From NCBI RefSeq assembly GCF_003018255.1, contig NZ_CP027440.1: a stretch of 64,000 bases of DNA; one strand, written 5' to 3'. A model generated the notes under the pieces. The model was not told the DNA's origin. It saw only the letters and a program-made list of their open reading frames with translations, and made no database searches. A program made the position numbers and the translations under genes. Below, piece by piece: positions 16,566-29,249 of the stretch. This DNA comes from Escherichia coli (GTDB lineage: Bacteria > Pseudomonadota > Gammaproteobacteria > Enterobacterales > Enterobacteriaceae). Within the stretch, counting starts at the first letter, position 1, and every line of letters begins with the position of its first letter.

Positions 16566-16832
16566 TTAACGTAACTGGCTGTCTTTCGAACCTCTGCGAT
16601 TATATCCTGTATAAGCTGGTTTTTGTAAATCTTTCTCCTGCTGACAATGAATGCATAAGCGCACACCAGGAATGGCTTCCCGACGGGCTTGCGGGATGGG
16701 GGCTCCGCACTCTTCACATTCATACAGGCTTTCGCCACGCGGAATTTCACCCCGAGCGCGGGCAATCGCATCTTCAATTGTACTGTTGATCTGTTCGTTG
16801 ACGGCGTCATCGTTAGCCCAACCGGATGCCAT
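16566..16832 (-). CDS. ybiI: DksA/TraR-family C4-type zinc-finger protein
   Basis: 88 aa; CEECGAPIPQARREAIPGVRLCIHCQ four-Cys motif. Confidence 0.85.
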   Translation of the reverse strand: MASGWANDDAVNEQINSTIEDAIARARGEIPRGESLYECEECGAPIPQARREAIPGVRLCIHCQQEKDLQKPAYTGYNRRGSKDSQLR

Positions 16833-16905
16833 ATCGTCCTCCCCATATCAATACTTGTACAGTTAAGTGTAGCTAATATAGGGACGAACTCGGGCAGTTC
16901 AAGCG

Positions 16906-17583
16906 TCAGATCTCCGACCATTCCCGCAGCAGATTATGATAAAGATTGAGCAGCGACAGGATCTCTTCACTTTCGCCGTAGCGGCTTTTCAGCGACTGAA
17001 TATTGTTGTCCAGTTCAAACAGCATGGCGCGCTTTTTATCATCGCGGATCATCGACTGGATCCACATAAATGATGCCACTCGTACGCCGCGGGTTACGGG
17101 TGTCACGCAATGCAGGCTGCTGGAGGGATACAACACCAGATCGCCTGCCGGAAGTTTTACCCGATGTTGCCCGAAGGTGTCATTAACGACCAGTTCGCCG
17201 CCATCGTAGCTTTGTGGATCGCTTAAAAACAGCGTGGCAGAAAGGTCAGTGCGCATCCAGCCGTTTTGTGGGTGACTGCGTACTGCGCCATCCACATGAA
17301 AACCATAGGTTTCATTGTTCTGATAGCGATTAAACAGCGGCGTGGAAAGGGTACGCGGCAAGGCCGCGGCAAAGAACAAAGCATGTTGGTTAACCGCGTT
17401 CAGCACCTCATTTTGCAGGGCGGCGTATAACGTGCTGCGGGTGTCTACCTGTTGATTGTTCTTAACTTGCGCACCTTGTGCGCCAGTGGTGACGCGTCCA
17501 TCCACCCATTCGGCTTGTTCCAGTTGTTCGCGAAAACGGGCGACGTCCTGTGGCGATAGCACGCCGGGAATGTGGTACATCAT
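16906..17583 (-). CDS. ybiX: PKHD-type Fe(II)/2-oxoglutarate-dependent hydroxylase
   Basis: Start placed at the internal MMYHIPGVL (225 aa); immediately downstream of fiu in the same orientation. Confidence 0.85.
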
Positions 17584-17624
17584 ACAAGTTCTCCAAAAAG
17601 TGGGGCCTGCGCCCCACATCTCAA

Positions 17625-19907
17625 TCAGAAATGCATATTGGCCGTGAGCAAGAAGGTTCTTGGCTCGCCCGGGTGATAACGGTAGCCGCTCTTGTTGATT
17701 GAGGCGACGTAATCGGTATCAAACAGGTTGTAGACGTTTAGCTGGAAGTCGAGATTGCGATTAACCCGATACCCCAGTTTAGCGTCGGCGACCCAATAAC
17801 CTTCGGTAAACGCTGGCGTTCCCACCGCGCCGTCAGAACCTTTATGCATACTGCCGATATAGCGTGCGCCCGCACCAACGGAAATATCATCGGTTGCCTG
17901 ATACTGGCTCCATAAGGTAAAGGCGTGCTCCGGGGTATACGGCAGCGATGAGGAACCATCCTGGGCAACATCTTTGCCGTTTTTGATGGTTGCTTTTTGC
18001 TGGGTATAGCCGCCAATCACCTGCCACGCGGGAGTGATATTCCCGGCCACGGATATCTCATAGCCTTCGACGCGTTTCTTACCGTATTGCGAGTAAGTTC
18101 CGTCATCATTTTGCTCAACTTCATTTTTGATATCAGTACGGAACAGCGCGGCGGTGAGCAACAGGCGTTTATCCAGAACCTGCCATTTGGTGCCAATCTC
18201 GCTGGTGTTGGCTTTTTGCGGTTTAAAATCGGTGCGGTTGGCACTGTTACCGCTGCCAGACTGCGCAAGGGCGAAGTTGTTGCCGCCCGGAGGCTGCTGG
18301 GAAACGGCATAGTTAATATAGACATTGCCGTTTTCCGTCAGGTGATACAGCGCCCCGGCTTTCCAGTTCACCAGATTGCCCGACTTGGCGGTATCGACGG
18401 TGGTGACCGGAGAACCTTTTGCCACGCCAGCAGGGCAGGTGATGGCACCGCGTCCGCTGCCGCCGCAGGCGGTGGCACTGTCATATTCAGTATGATAATT
18501 ATCCAGACGGATCCCGCCGTTCAGCTCAAAATCACGGGTGATTTGCAGCGTATCGAAGGCGTAAATTGCGAAGGTATCCGTCTGACCATTGGCGTTTGCG
18601 CCGTTGCGCGTCAGGCCGCCGGGATGAATGCTGCTGTCAGGATGATAAATATTTACCGCAGGTAACGTCACCGGATTAACGCCGTAGTTAGTCTGCGTTT
18701 CACGGGTAAATTCCACGCCGGTACTGACATCATGACCGATAGCGCCGGTATAGAACGTCGAGGTCAGGTTGGTCTGGTTGGTGAGAATTTTATTACTCAC
18801 ATCTTTAGTATTCGCCGTGCGTGACCAGGTCCAGCTATTCACATCGCTGGTGGGCTGGGTAATATTCGACGCCCCGCCCATAATCGCCGTCATCAGGTAA
18901 TCCTGCTTCACGCGCGACCAACGGGTAGTATTGCGAATGGTGGTGTTATCGTTGATGTCGTGCTCAAAACGCATGGTAGCGGTGTCGGTGGTCGAATCGT
19001 CGTAATCGGAATCCGTGCCGTAAAAGTTATGAGTATCAACTTTTCCGGAATGATTCAGAGCCGCTGTTCCCGCAGATGGGGCAGAATAACCCGGTAAACC
19101 GATAGTCGGAATGCCGCCGTCTGGCGTGTTGTGCTGGGTGACATGCAGATAATTAAGATACAAACGATTCGCTGTACCAAGGCCAAAAGCGACAGAAGGG
19201 GCGACGCCGTAACGCTCATTTTTGACTTTGTCGCGTCCGGCATCGTGCGTTTTTTCGCCCATTACATTCAGGCGCACCGCAGTGGTATCACCAATGACCT
19301 GATTGACGTCCAGCGTGCCGCGGCGGAACCAGGCGCTGCCAATACTGGCGGAGGCGTCAATGCCGGAATCATTGCGCGGCTGTTTGCTGATCATATTGAT
19401 CGAGCCTGTCGGCGCGCTGCGCCCGTAGTCGGTGCCGGACGGCCCTTTAATTACTTCGACCTGCTCGGTATTGAAGGTGTCGCGCGAGACGCTGCCGATA
19501 TCGCGAATGCCATCGATATAAATACTGTTAGAGGTATCGGCACCGCGCATATAAATGGCGTCGCCAGTGGTGGAGTTACCGTTCTCACCCGCAAAAAACG
19601 CACCCACGCCGGGGACGTTTTTGAGCGCGTCGGTAAGGTTGGTTGCACCCTGATCTTTAATCACTTGTTCAGAAATCACCGTCATCGTGCGGGTAGTATC
19701 CGCTACCGGACGCGAGAATTTCGGATCGGCAGATTGTTGTGGCGCATAAAGCGAAGGCGTTGATGCTTCGACAACCAGCGTGTCATCCGCGTTAGCTTGC
19801 CCTTCGGCAGCGAGTGCCTGCGCCACAGGCGTAATACCAATACAAAGACCGGCAAAGAACGTGAGCGAATGAAATTGTCTGGCAGGGAAATTGCGATTGT
19901 TTTCCAT
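17625..19907 (-). CDS. fiu: TonB-dependent outer membrane receptor for catecholate siderophores
   Basis: 760 aa; signal peptide, TonB box region, C-terminal aromatic residue (…TANMHF) typical of beta-barrel receptors. Confidence 0.92.
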
Positions 19908-20011
19908 TTTGCAGGTGACTTTTTCTTATATGGTGAAATTTTCACTGTCACGAGAAAGCATCTCTGCGGATGCGATGCCACTGTTAATCCCGTGATAGCG
20001 TCCGTGCAAGT

Positions 20012-20037
20012 GATAATAATTTTGATAAGCATTATCA
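20012..20037 (-). promoter_or_regulatory. Fur box in the fiu promoter region
   Basis: gataataattttgataagcattatc resembles the Fur consensus GATAATGATAATCATTATC; lies ~105-130 bp upstream of the fiu start. Confidence 0.55.
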
Positions 20038-20171
20038 CTTGGCGCGATTTTCTATCACCCATTGCGCGAAAAAGAAATACATTTATTTACATTGCGTTCA
20101 TATTTGATGTTTTTTGCTTACAAATTGGACGAAAACTGCATCCAGAGGCGAATGCAGTTACGTTGGTGGGG

Positions 20172-20432
20172 TTATTTGTAGATGATTGCAGTACCGAACA
20201 TCTGGTCATTTCCGCCTGCGGAATTAATGACATAACCTTTCGCGCCTTGTTCGCGCGCTTTTTCTGCCAGTTTATCCTCCAGATCGCTTAGGTTTGATGC
20301 GCCAGTTGCCGAAACGGTACCGGCGGGCCGTAGTTGACCACTGTCCAGGTTACTCATCGGTTGCGCGGCATAAGCCGTGAGAGAGATTCCGCTCAGGACG
20401 GTGGCAATCAGTAGTGTGAGGCACTTTTTCAT
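20172..20432 (-). CDS. mcbA: DUF1471 (YhcN family) small periplasmic protein, colanic-acid/biofilm associated
   Basis: Start at internal MKKCLTLL (86 aa, signal peptide); C-terminal ...GTAIIYK; the ORF-track N-terminal extension was not used. Confidence 0.85.
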   Translation of the reverse strand: MKKCLTLLIATVLSGISLTAYAAQPMSNLDSGQLRPAGTVSATGASNLSDLEDKLAEKAREQGAKGYVINSAGGNDQMFGTAIIYK

Positions 20433-20707
20433 AATGACATCCTCATAAATACAACGGGTAGTGCCAGATAAGTGTAGGTCGCCTGCGCGATGAAAATGAC
20501 GCAAAAAATTGACAGAGATGCGCTTATTTTTTGAACAATATATTTTTACAAAATAAGATAAATCAATGACATGCATGATGATGATTTTTATGGTGAATTA
20601 CCATAAACCATAGCCATGTGAAGGTTTTTAGAAATGATAAACGCAGCCAGATATTTACCCTGTCGCGTTATGCGGGTATCTTACGCCGCTGCTTAAAGGA
20701 GAATGCT

Positions 20708-21634
20708 ATGTCCGCCCAGAAACCGGGGTTGCATCCGCGCAACCGTCATCACAGCCGCTACGATCTCGCCACGCTTTGTCAGGTCAATCCTGAACTCAGG
20801 CAATTCCTCACGCTTACACCCGCCGGGGAGCAAAGCGTAGACTTTGCCAATCCGCTGGCGGTGAAGGCGCTCAATAAGGCGTTGCTGGCCCATTTTTACG
20901 CCGTAGCGAACTGGGATATCCCGGACGGTTTTCTCTGCCCGCCAGTACCGGGCCGGGCGGATTATATTCATCACCTTGCCGATTTACTGGCTGAAGCAAG
21001 CGGAACAATTCCAGCTAATGCCAGCATTCTGGATATCGGTGTTGGTGCGAACTGTATTTATCCGCTGATTGGCGTACATGAATATGGCTGGCGTTTTACC
21101 GGTAGTGAAACCAGCAGCCAGGCGTTAAGCAGTGCGCAGGCGATCATCAGTGCTAATCCGGGGCTTAACCGCGCCATTCGTCTGCGTCGGCAAAAAGAGA
21201 GTGGGGCGATTTTTAACGGCATCATCCATAAAAACGAGCAATACGATGCGACCTTGTGTAACCCGCCATTCCACGATTCCGCCGCTGCGGCACGGGCAGG
21301 TAGTGAACGTAAACGCCGTAACCTGAGGCTGAACAAAGACGATGCACTGAACTTTGGTGGTCAGCAACAGGAGTTGTGGTGTGAAGGCGGTGAGGTCGCT
21401 TTTATCAAAAAGATGATTGAAGAGAGCAAAGGCTTCGCGAAGCAGGTGATGTGGTTTACCTCGCTGGTATCTCGTGGTGAAAACTTACCGCCGTTGTATC
21501 GTGCTTTGACGGACGTAGGTGCGGTGAAGGTGGTAAAAAAAGAGATGGCCCAGGGGCAAAAGCAGAGCCGCTTTATAGCCTGGACCTTTATGAACGACGA
21601 GCAGCGCCGCCGTTTTGTCAATCGCCAGCGTTAA
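20708..21634 (+). CDS. rlmF: 23S rRNA m6A1618 methyltransferase
   Basis: Start at [15 protein letters not shown] (308 aa); SAM-binding [14 protein letters not shown] and NPPF motifs. Confidence 0.9.
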   Translation: MSAQKPGLHPRNRHHSRYDLATLCQVNPELRQFLTLTPAGEQSVDFANPLAVKALNKALLAHFYAVANWDIPDGFLCPPVPGRADYIHHLADLLAEASGTIPANASILDIGVGANCIYPLIGVHEYGWRFTGSETSSQALSSAQAIISANPGLNRAIRLRRQKESGAIFNGIIHKNEQYDATLCNPPFHDSAAAARAGSERKRRNLRLNKDDALNFGGQQQELWCEGGEVAFIKKMIEESKGFAKQVMWFTSLVSRGENLPPLYRALTDVGAVKVVKKEMAQGQKQSRFIAWTFMNDEQRRRFVNRQR

Positions 21635-23856
21635 AGCGTTGGCTCCCCCGGCGGCAACGGTTCAGCCGGGGCCGCGCCCGGAGCTGGCAGCACCTGATAA
21701 GTCTGCACCGGCGCGCGAACACCCGCCAGGTCGAAATGTTTTTTCACCTGGCTGTCGAGGGCAAAGCGGACCGTCCACTGTTTGAGTGGCAGCGTGGTGA
21801 ACGAAACACGCAGTGTAAACGCGGTATTGCTTAAGCCGACAATCCCGGCAAAGTTCGGTTCACCAATAACCAGCCCGCGAATTTCTTCGTTTTCCATCAA
21901 TTCTGCTACCGCATCTTTCAGTGCCTGATTGGCTTTATCAGCATCTTCATGGCGATCAACATCGTAGTTTGCCACTACCGAACCAATACCGCGGACGAAG
22001 TTAGCAAAGGTGGTTATCGAAGACCACGGAATGATGTGATACGCCCCGGTATCCTGGCGCACGCCCACGGAGCGAATCGACATCCGTTCCACAGTGCCGG
22101 TCAACGGCCCGATAGTCACCAAATCTCCAGTGTTCATGCCGTTTTCAAACTGAATAAATACCCCGGTGATAATATCTTTCACCAGCGTTTGCGAACCAAA
22201 AGAGATAGCCAGACCTAATGCCCCGGCACCTGCCAGCAATGGCGCGATATTAACGCCGATTTCCGACAACACAATCATGATGGTGATGGTACTGATAATC
22301 ACCGCCAGCGCGTTACGGAACAGCGTCAGCAGGGTACGCGTACGGGCGCTGGGTAGTGGGCGGCCATGAATATCCGAAGCCAGCCGGTTTTCGATCAAAC
22401 TGGCGAGCACCGTCCAGCCAACCGCCGAGAAGAAAAGAATGAGTGCGATACGGATCAGGATATCTACGGTTTTCTGCCCCGCACCGTTTTGCAGCCAGTT
22501 CCAGAAATCGAATAATCCCCATGCGCTCAACAGCAGCATTACCGCCACGCAGACGGTCAGAATACGCGCCGTTTTCAGCGCCGCCGAAAGCCAGCCATTC
22601 AGCCGTTTTTGCAGCTCCGGATAATTTCGCTGAGTATGTGGCGAGAGGGTGATGGTTTTCGCCAGCCAGCGGGAAAACATACCGGAAACAAATGCTGCGA
22701 TACCAATAATCGCCAGGCTGCGCACCGTTGCACCCATCATAAATTTCAGGCTGTTGCCCGGATCGAACAACGAAAAGAAAAACAGCACGATAAAATAGGC
22801 GCTTGCCAGCCAGTGCCACACCAGCGCAAAGGCGCGGATAAACAAGCTGAAAAAGGCCAGCGAATGCTCCGCAAAGTTGAGCAAATGTTGGGTAATCTCT
22901 TTTTTATTACGAAAGATCAGGTACAACGCCCAGATGGTCATGCACAGCATAATGATGACGTTCGCCAGCGCGCCAATTTGTACATTCACCTGATTAGAGA
23001 TAATCGGCACGGCCACAATCAGGCCATAACCTATCAAACTGCTTAACCAGCTCAGGCGACGGCTCCAGTAACGGGCGGTCTCGTCATGAATCGTGAATGG
23101 GCGCAGCTCCGCCACATTTGGGCAAAAAATCAGGCGTAGTACAGCTTTGAAAAATTCAATCAGGGCAAAGGCGTTGAGAAACAAACTTTGTTGGAAAGCG
23201 ATGGTGCGACTGCCCGCATTCAGGTTGTCGCTTAAAACCTGACCGACAAATAATGTCAGTGCCAGTAACAGCAGGTCGATAATAAACGCCCCGATAATCA
23301 TCGCCGGAAGCTGCAACCAGTTACTGCGCTCACGATTTTTTTGCCGCGCCCACTGGCCCATTTTGCGATACAGCGGAAGTGCGCACAGGCGAATCAGCCA
23401 GTAAAAACCAAACACTAATACCGCTAACATTGAAAAATGGGTCAACGCATTGCTGAAGGTTTGTGGATTAAACGGCTTATGCGGGGAGCCGGTGATATTG
23501 CGATAAAGTTGTCCGAAGCGGGCGGAAAGGGCTTCACCATAATGGCGGCTGACTTCGGTGACTTTTTGCAGCACGGTTTGCTCTTCAACCAGCGTCGGCG
23601 GCACGATCTTCGGTACGGGTTCCGCAGGGGGCGTCGCGGCGACGGTGCGCAACTGGTCGATCAACTCTTTACGTGAGGTGTCATTATCCAGCACATCCGC
23701 CAGTGCACCATAGGCCGCTTTTTTTTGTTCGATATCCGGTTCCGGGGCCGGTTCAGTCGTTGAGTCCGTTGTCGTTGTGGTTGTAACGCCGGGTATGGAT
23801 ACCGCGTGGGCAGGTGCGCCCAGCAGGCAGAAGAGGATGAACAGGATCCACCGCAT
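21631..23856 (-). CDS. ybiO: MscS-family mechanosensitive channel
   Basis: 741 aa from MRWILFILF (signal peptide); multiple TM segments and MscS-like C-terminal domain. Confidence 0.9.
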   Translation of the reverse strand: MRWILFILFCLLGAPAHAVSIPGVTTTTTTDSTTEPAPEPDIEQKKAAYGALADVLDNDTSRKELIDQLRTVAATPPAEPVPKIVPPTLVEEQTVLQKVTEVSRHYGEALSARFGQLYRNITGSPHKPFNPQTFSNALTHFSMLAVLVFGFYWLIRLCALPLYRKMGQWARQKNRERSNWLQLPAMIIGAFIIDLLLLALTLFVGQVLSDNLNAGSRTIAFQQSLFLNAFALIEFFKAVLRLIFCPNVAELRPFTIHDETARYWSRRLSWLSSLIGYGLIVAVPIISNQVNVQIGALANVIIMLCMTIWALYLIFRNKKEITQHLLNFAEHSLAFFSLFIRAFALVWHWLASAYFIVLFFFSLFDPGNSLKFMMGATVRSLAIIGIAAFVSGMFSRWLAKTITLSPHTQRNYPELQKRLNGWLSAALKTARILTVCVAVMLLLSAWGLFDFWNWLQNGAGQKTVDILIRIALILFFSAVGWTVLASLIENRLASDIHGRPLPSARTRTLLTLFRNALAVIISTITIMIVLSEIGVNIAPLLAGAGALGLAISFGSQTLVKDIITGVFIQFENGMNTGDLVTIGPLTGTVERMSIRSVGVRQDTGAYHIIPWSSITTFANFVRGIGSVVANYDVDRHEDADKANQALKDAVAELMENEEIRGLVIGEPNFAGIVGLSNTAFTLRVSFTTLPLKQWTVRFALDSQVKKHFDLAGVRAPVQTYQVLPAPGAAPAEPLPPGEPTL

Positions 23857-23972
23857 GACTCCTCCAGTGAGAAAACAGAGCAAAAAGATAAGTATAGATG
23901 CTGGAGGAGGGGCGATTTTAAATGAGAGGAATCTGGTGTGCCTCCCTTTCGGAGGAAAGGGAGGCTGAGAAG

Positions 23973-24695
23973 TTAAGAGACGTGCTGCAAAAATTCCTGC
24001 AAGCGCTGGCTCGGTGGGTTCTTGATCAACACCTGCGGATCGCCATCTTCCGCAATCCGGCCTTTGTCGATAAAGATCAGGCGCGAAGCTACTTTCTCGG
24101 CAAAACCGATTTCGTGTGTCACGATCACCATCGTCATCCCTTCTTCAGCCAGATCCTGCATAACCTTCAGCACTTCATGGCGCAGTTCCGGGTCAAGAGC
24201 GGAAGTCGGTTCATCAAACAGCATCATTTTCGGCTTCACCGCCAGCGCGCGTGCGATCGCCACACGCTGCTGTTGACCACCAGAAAGTTCGGAAGGGTAG
24301 TGATGTGCACGTTCTGCCAGACCGACTTTCGCCAGCAGCTCACGCGCCAGTTTTTCCGCCTCTTCTTTGTTCGCGCCACGCACGCGTAGCGGACCAAACA
24401 TGACGTTTTCCAGCGCCGTCAGATGCGGGAAGAGGTAAAACTGCTGGAACACCATACCTGCTTCCTGGCGAATCAGGCGCTCGTCAACTTTCGGATCGTT
24501 AACCTTCAGGCCATCGACAATCAGATCGCCGGAAGTGATTTCTTCCAGTTTGTTGATGCAGCGCAGCAGGGTCGATTTACCGGAACCGGACGGCCCGATA
24601 ATCACCACGACTTCGCCCTGAGCAATGTTCAAATCGATATTGTGCAGCACCTGGGTTGGACCAAAATGCTTGGAGACGTTTTTAAATTCAATCAC
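23973..24695 (-). CDS. glnQ: Glutamine ABC transporter ATP-binding protein
   Basis: Walker [13 protein letters not shown] signature [15 protein letters not shown], Walker [13 protein letters not shown]. Confidence 0.95.
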
Positions 24696-25351
24696 AGGAT
24701 TTTCATCCTTCTTTCCAGACGACGCAGAATAAAGCTCAGCACCAGGGTAATAATCAGATAGAACACCGCCACGGCGCTCCAGATCTCAAGGGCGCGGAAG
24801 TTACCGGCAATAATTTCTTGCCCCTGACGGGTCAGTTCCGCCACGCCGATAACAATAAACAGCGAGGTGTCTTTAATGCTGATGATCCACTGGTTACCCA
24901 GCGGCGGCAGCATACGACGCAGTGCCAGCGGTAAAATGACGTAGCGAATGGTTTCCCAACGTGAAAGACCGAGCGCCAGTCCTGCTTCACGAAAACCTTT
25001 GTGAATAGACAGCACCGCACCACGCGTGATTTCCGCAATGTATGCGCCGGAGTTGATCATGATGGTGACCACCGCCGCAGTAAATGGGTCGATGCGTAAG
25101 TCGTTAAATGCCATCGGCAGGGCGAAATAGATAAACATCACCTGGACGACGATAGGTGTGCCGCGGATCACTTCAATAAAGACCAGCGCGACGTGGTTGG
25201 CTATCCAACCACCGAAGGTGCGTGCAAAACCTGCCAGCAATCCGATCACCAGGCCGCCAGCCAGACCGAGGACCGAGATCCACAGGGTCATTTTGGCACC
25301 TTCAATCAGAAGCGGAATGGCAGGCCAGATGGCACTCCAGTCAAACTGCAT
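24692..25351 (-). CDS. glnP: Glutamine ABC transporter permease
   Basis: 219-aa membrane protein, 4-bp overlap with glnQ. Confidence 0.95.
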
Positions 25352-25409
25352 ATGTTGTTCCTGTTACCGTGGTGTAAATAATCAAATTCAGGGTAATTAA
25401 TGGCCCCGG

Positions 25410-25480
25410 AGCGGGTTTGCGCCCCTCACCCTAATCCTCTCCCCAGAGGGGAGAGGGAACTGCCAGTGCGCCTTACAGGC
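25410..25480 (-). repeat. Intercistronic palindromic element between glnH and glnP
   Basis: Perfect palindrome cctctccccagaggggagagg (25436-25456) embedded in a GC-rich block. Confidence 0.5.
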
Positions 25481-25489
25481 GTAGCGTTA

Positions 25490-26251
<762 letters not shown>

Positions 26252-26282
26252 CTATCCACGGGACGATCCCCTGCGTGACATT

Positions 26283-26307
26283 CACATATATGAAAAAATC
26301 GTGCCAG
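26283..26307 (-). promoter_or_regulatory. Candidate sigma-54 (-24/-12) promoter for glnH
   Basis: Minus-strand reading TGGCACGATTTTTTCATA: GG at -24 and a weak -12 element (TTTCA for TTGCA), ~45-70 bp upstream of the glnH ATG. Confidence 0.45.
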
Positions 26308-26379
26308 TTTTGCAACTCATTGATTTTTCGAGATGCGGCAAAAACGTGATGCACGATTTATAGGGCAATACCCTGAAGA

Positions 26380-26430
26380 TGCACCATTCTGGGGCACCAA
26401 ACTGGTGCGCTAAAATTGTGCACTCAACAC
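26380..26430 (-). promoter_or_regulatory. Candidate NtrC enhancer sites upstream of glnH
   Basis: tgcaccattctggggcaccaaactggtgcgc contains overlapping TGCACC-N-GGTGC dyads resembling NtrC sites. Confidence 0.4.
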
Positions 26431-26639
26431 AGTGATTATTTAGCGTAAAACCTGATGAAAAAACAATCTTTATGTAACGATTGTGTGATGATGTGGATAC
26501 AAAAAATTTACTTAATCAGCTGAAGATAGCAGATGGATGCACTAAATAAGTGCGTTGAGGCGGGCTACAAAACAAAACGGCCTCCTGTCAGGAAGCCGCC
26601 TTTATCGTGTACTAAAGTTCTGCACCATCAGCGATGGAT

Positions 26640-27317
<678 letters not shown>

Positions 27318-27442
27318 TTATTTGCTCGCCAGGAATTTTCGGAATAAATATGCTTTTGCATAATTCGATATATAAAGACGGTGTAGAGGAAAAGTAGCGA
27401 TAAATTCTGCATGGTTATGCATAACCATGCAGAAATGTAAAT

Positions 27443-28330
27443 TTAATTAATGTCTAATTCTTTTATTTTGCTCTCTTTGCGTACTGTCAGCGTAGAACCC
27501 ATTGAAGCGGCGATAATTGCGCCGAGCGCCAGCAGCTGTATGGGTGTCAGTGTTTCTCCGAGGAAAATCATCCCGGAAACGGCAGCCAGTGCCGGTTCCA
27601 TGCTCATCAGCGTACCAAATGTCCGCGTTGGCAAACGGGTGAGGGCAATCATTTCCAGCGAATAAGGCAGAGCGGTCGAGAGAATAGCGACCGCCAGACC
27701 CAATGGAATAACCGACCAGTGCCAGAGTGCTTCACCAGCCTGAAGCGCTCCAATTGGCACGAAAATTAACGCTGCAATCAACGAACCAATTGCCACCGTC
27801 GCAGGGCCATGTTCCGCTCCTGCGCGTTGCCCACTTAAAATGTAAATAGCCCAACAAGCCCCTGCTCCCAGTGCCAGCGCACAGCCGGTTAAATCGACAT
27901 GGGAAACGTCTTGCCCCAGCGGTAGCAGGAACCACAGACCAAGAGCCGCCAGAACAACCCAGACGAAATCTACCGGGCGACGAGAAGAGAACAGCGCCAC
28001 CGCCAGTGGTCCGGTGAACTCCAGCGCCACCGCAATACCCAGCGGTACCGTCTGAATAGAAAGATAAAAAAGATAATTCATCCCCCCCAGCGAAACGCCG
28101 TAAAACAACAGCGGTAACCGCTGCTCTTTGGCAAAGCGCAGTCGCCATGGCTTAAAGAACGCGATGAGGATCAGCGTTCCTAATGCCAGACGCAGCGCAG
28201 TGACACCCGGTGCGCCCACCAGAGGAAAAAGTGACTTAGCTAACGAGGCTCCACCCTGAATAGACGCCATGGCAACGAGCAATATGACTATTGGTAACCA
28301 GACCGGCATTTTACGTAATGAACCAGGCAT
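27443..28330 (-). CDS. rhtA: Threonine/homoserine exporter (DMT/EamA family)
   Basis: 295 aa from MPGSLRKMPVWL; ten-TM DMT architecture. Confidence 0.9.
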   Translation of the reverse strand: MPGSLRKMPVWLPIVILLVAMASIQGGASLAKSLFPLVGAPGVTALRLALGTLILIAFFKPWRLRFAKEQRLPLLFYGVSLGGMNYLFYLSIQTVPLGIAVALEFTGPLAVALFSSRRPVDFVWVVLAALGLWFLLPLGQDVSHVDLTGCALALGAGACWAIYILSGQRAGAEHGPATVAIGSLIAALIFVPIGALQAGEALWHWSVIPLGLAVAILSTALPYSLEMIALTRLPTRTFGTLMSMEPALAAVSGMIFLGETLTPIQLLALGAIIAASMGSTLTVRKESKIKELDIN

Positions 28331-28682
28331 CCTTTCTCCCACAAATATCTAAACCTAAGTAAAGCGTGGAGTGTACTGGATATACCCAATGCTGGTTGAG
28401 CATTTGTTGAAAAAATTTTCCCCCGTTTTGACTAAAATGCGCCAGGATTGATGGAATCATTAGTCTGGTGATTAGGAATAATCTGGATGAATGACAGGGA
28501 AAACATGCGTAATACTTATGCAGTTCTCTGAAAAAGTGATTTAAATTTAGATGGATAGCGGTGTATGGAAACGTTCTGTTACATGAAATGGCCCGTTAGA
28601 CATCACAAATCGCGAAGAGTTTCCCATTAATTTTTGATATATTTAAAACTTAGGACTTATTTGAATCACATTTGAGGTGGTT

Positions 28683-29198
28683 ATGAAAAAAATTGCATGT
28701 CTTTCAGCACTGGCCGCAGTTCTGGCTTTCACCGCAGGTACTTCCGTAGCTGCGACTTCTACCGTAACTGGCGGTTACGCACAGAGCGACGCTCAGGGCC
28801 AAATGAACAAAATGGGCGGTTTCAACCTGAAATACCGCTATGAAGAAGACAACAGCCCGCTGGGTGTGATCGGTTCTTTCACTTACACCGAGAAAAGCCG
28901 TACTGCAAGCTCTGGTGACTACAACAAAAACCAGTACTACGGCATCACTGCTGGTCCGGCTTACCGCATTAACGACTGGGCAAGCATCTACGGTGTAGTG
29001 GGTGTGGGTTATGGTAAATTCCAGACCACTGAATACCCGACCTACAAACACGACACCAGCGACTACGGTTTCTCCTACGGTGCTGGTCTGCAGTTCAACC
29101 CGATGGAAAACGTTGCTCTGGACTTCTCTTACGAGCAGAGCCGTATTCGTAGCGTTGACGTAGGCACCTGGATTGCCGGTGTTGGTTACCGCTTCTAA
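28683..29198 (+). CDS. ompX: Outer membrane protein X
   Basis: 171 aa from MKKIACLSALAAVLAFTAGTSVA (signal peptide); beta-barrel ending ...GVGYRF. Confidence 0.95.
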   Translation: MKKIACLSALAAVLAFTAGTSVAATSTVTGGYAQSDAQGQMNKMGGFNLKYRYEEDNSPLGVIGSFTYTEKSRTASSGDYNKNQYYGITAGPAYRINDWASIYGVVGVGYGKFQTTEYPTYKHDTSDYGFSYGAGLQFNPMENVALDFSYEQSRIRSVDVGTWIAGVGYRF

Positions 29199-29213
29199 TC
29201 ACTTCGGTGATAT

Positions 29214-29249
29214 AAAAAATCCGCCTCTCGGGGCGGATTTTTGTTTTTA
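29214..29249. terminator. Bidirectional rho-independent terminator (ompX / opgE)
   Basis: aaaaaatccgcctctcggggcggatttttgttttt: hairpin flanked by an A-run and a T-run. Confidence 0.8.

Noticed and set aside
20433-20576. N-terminally extended ORF-track versions of mcbA (134 aa), and likewise rlmF (338 aa), dps (214 aa), gsiB (601 aa), fsaA (244 aa), bssR, dacC, ybjG
   Set aside because: In each case an internal Met gives the canonical protein with a proper signal peptide or N-terminus, and the extension runs into promoter or neighbouring gene sequence.
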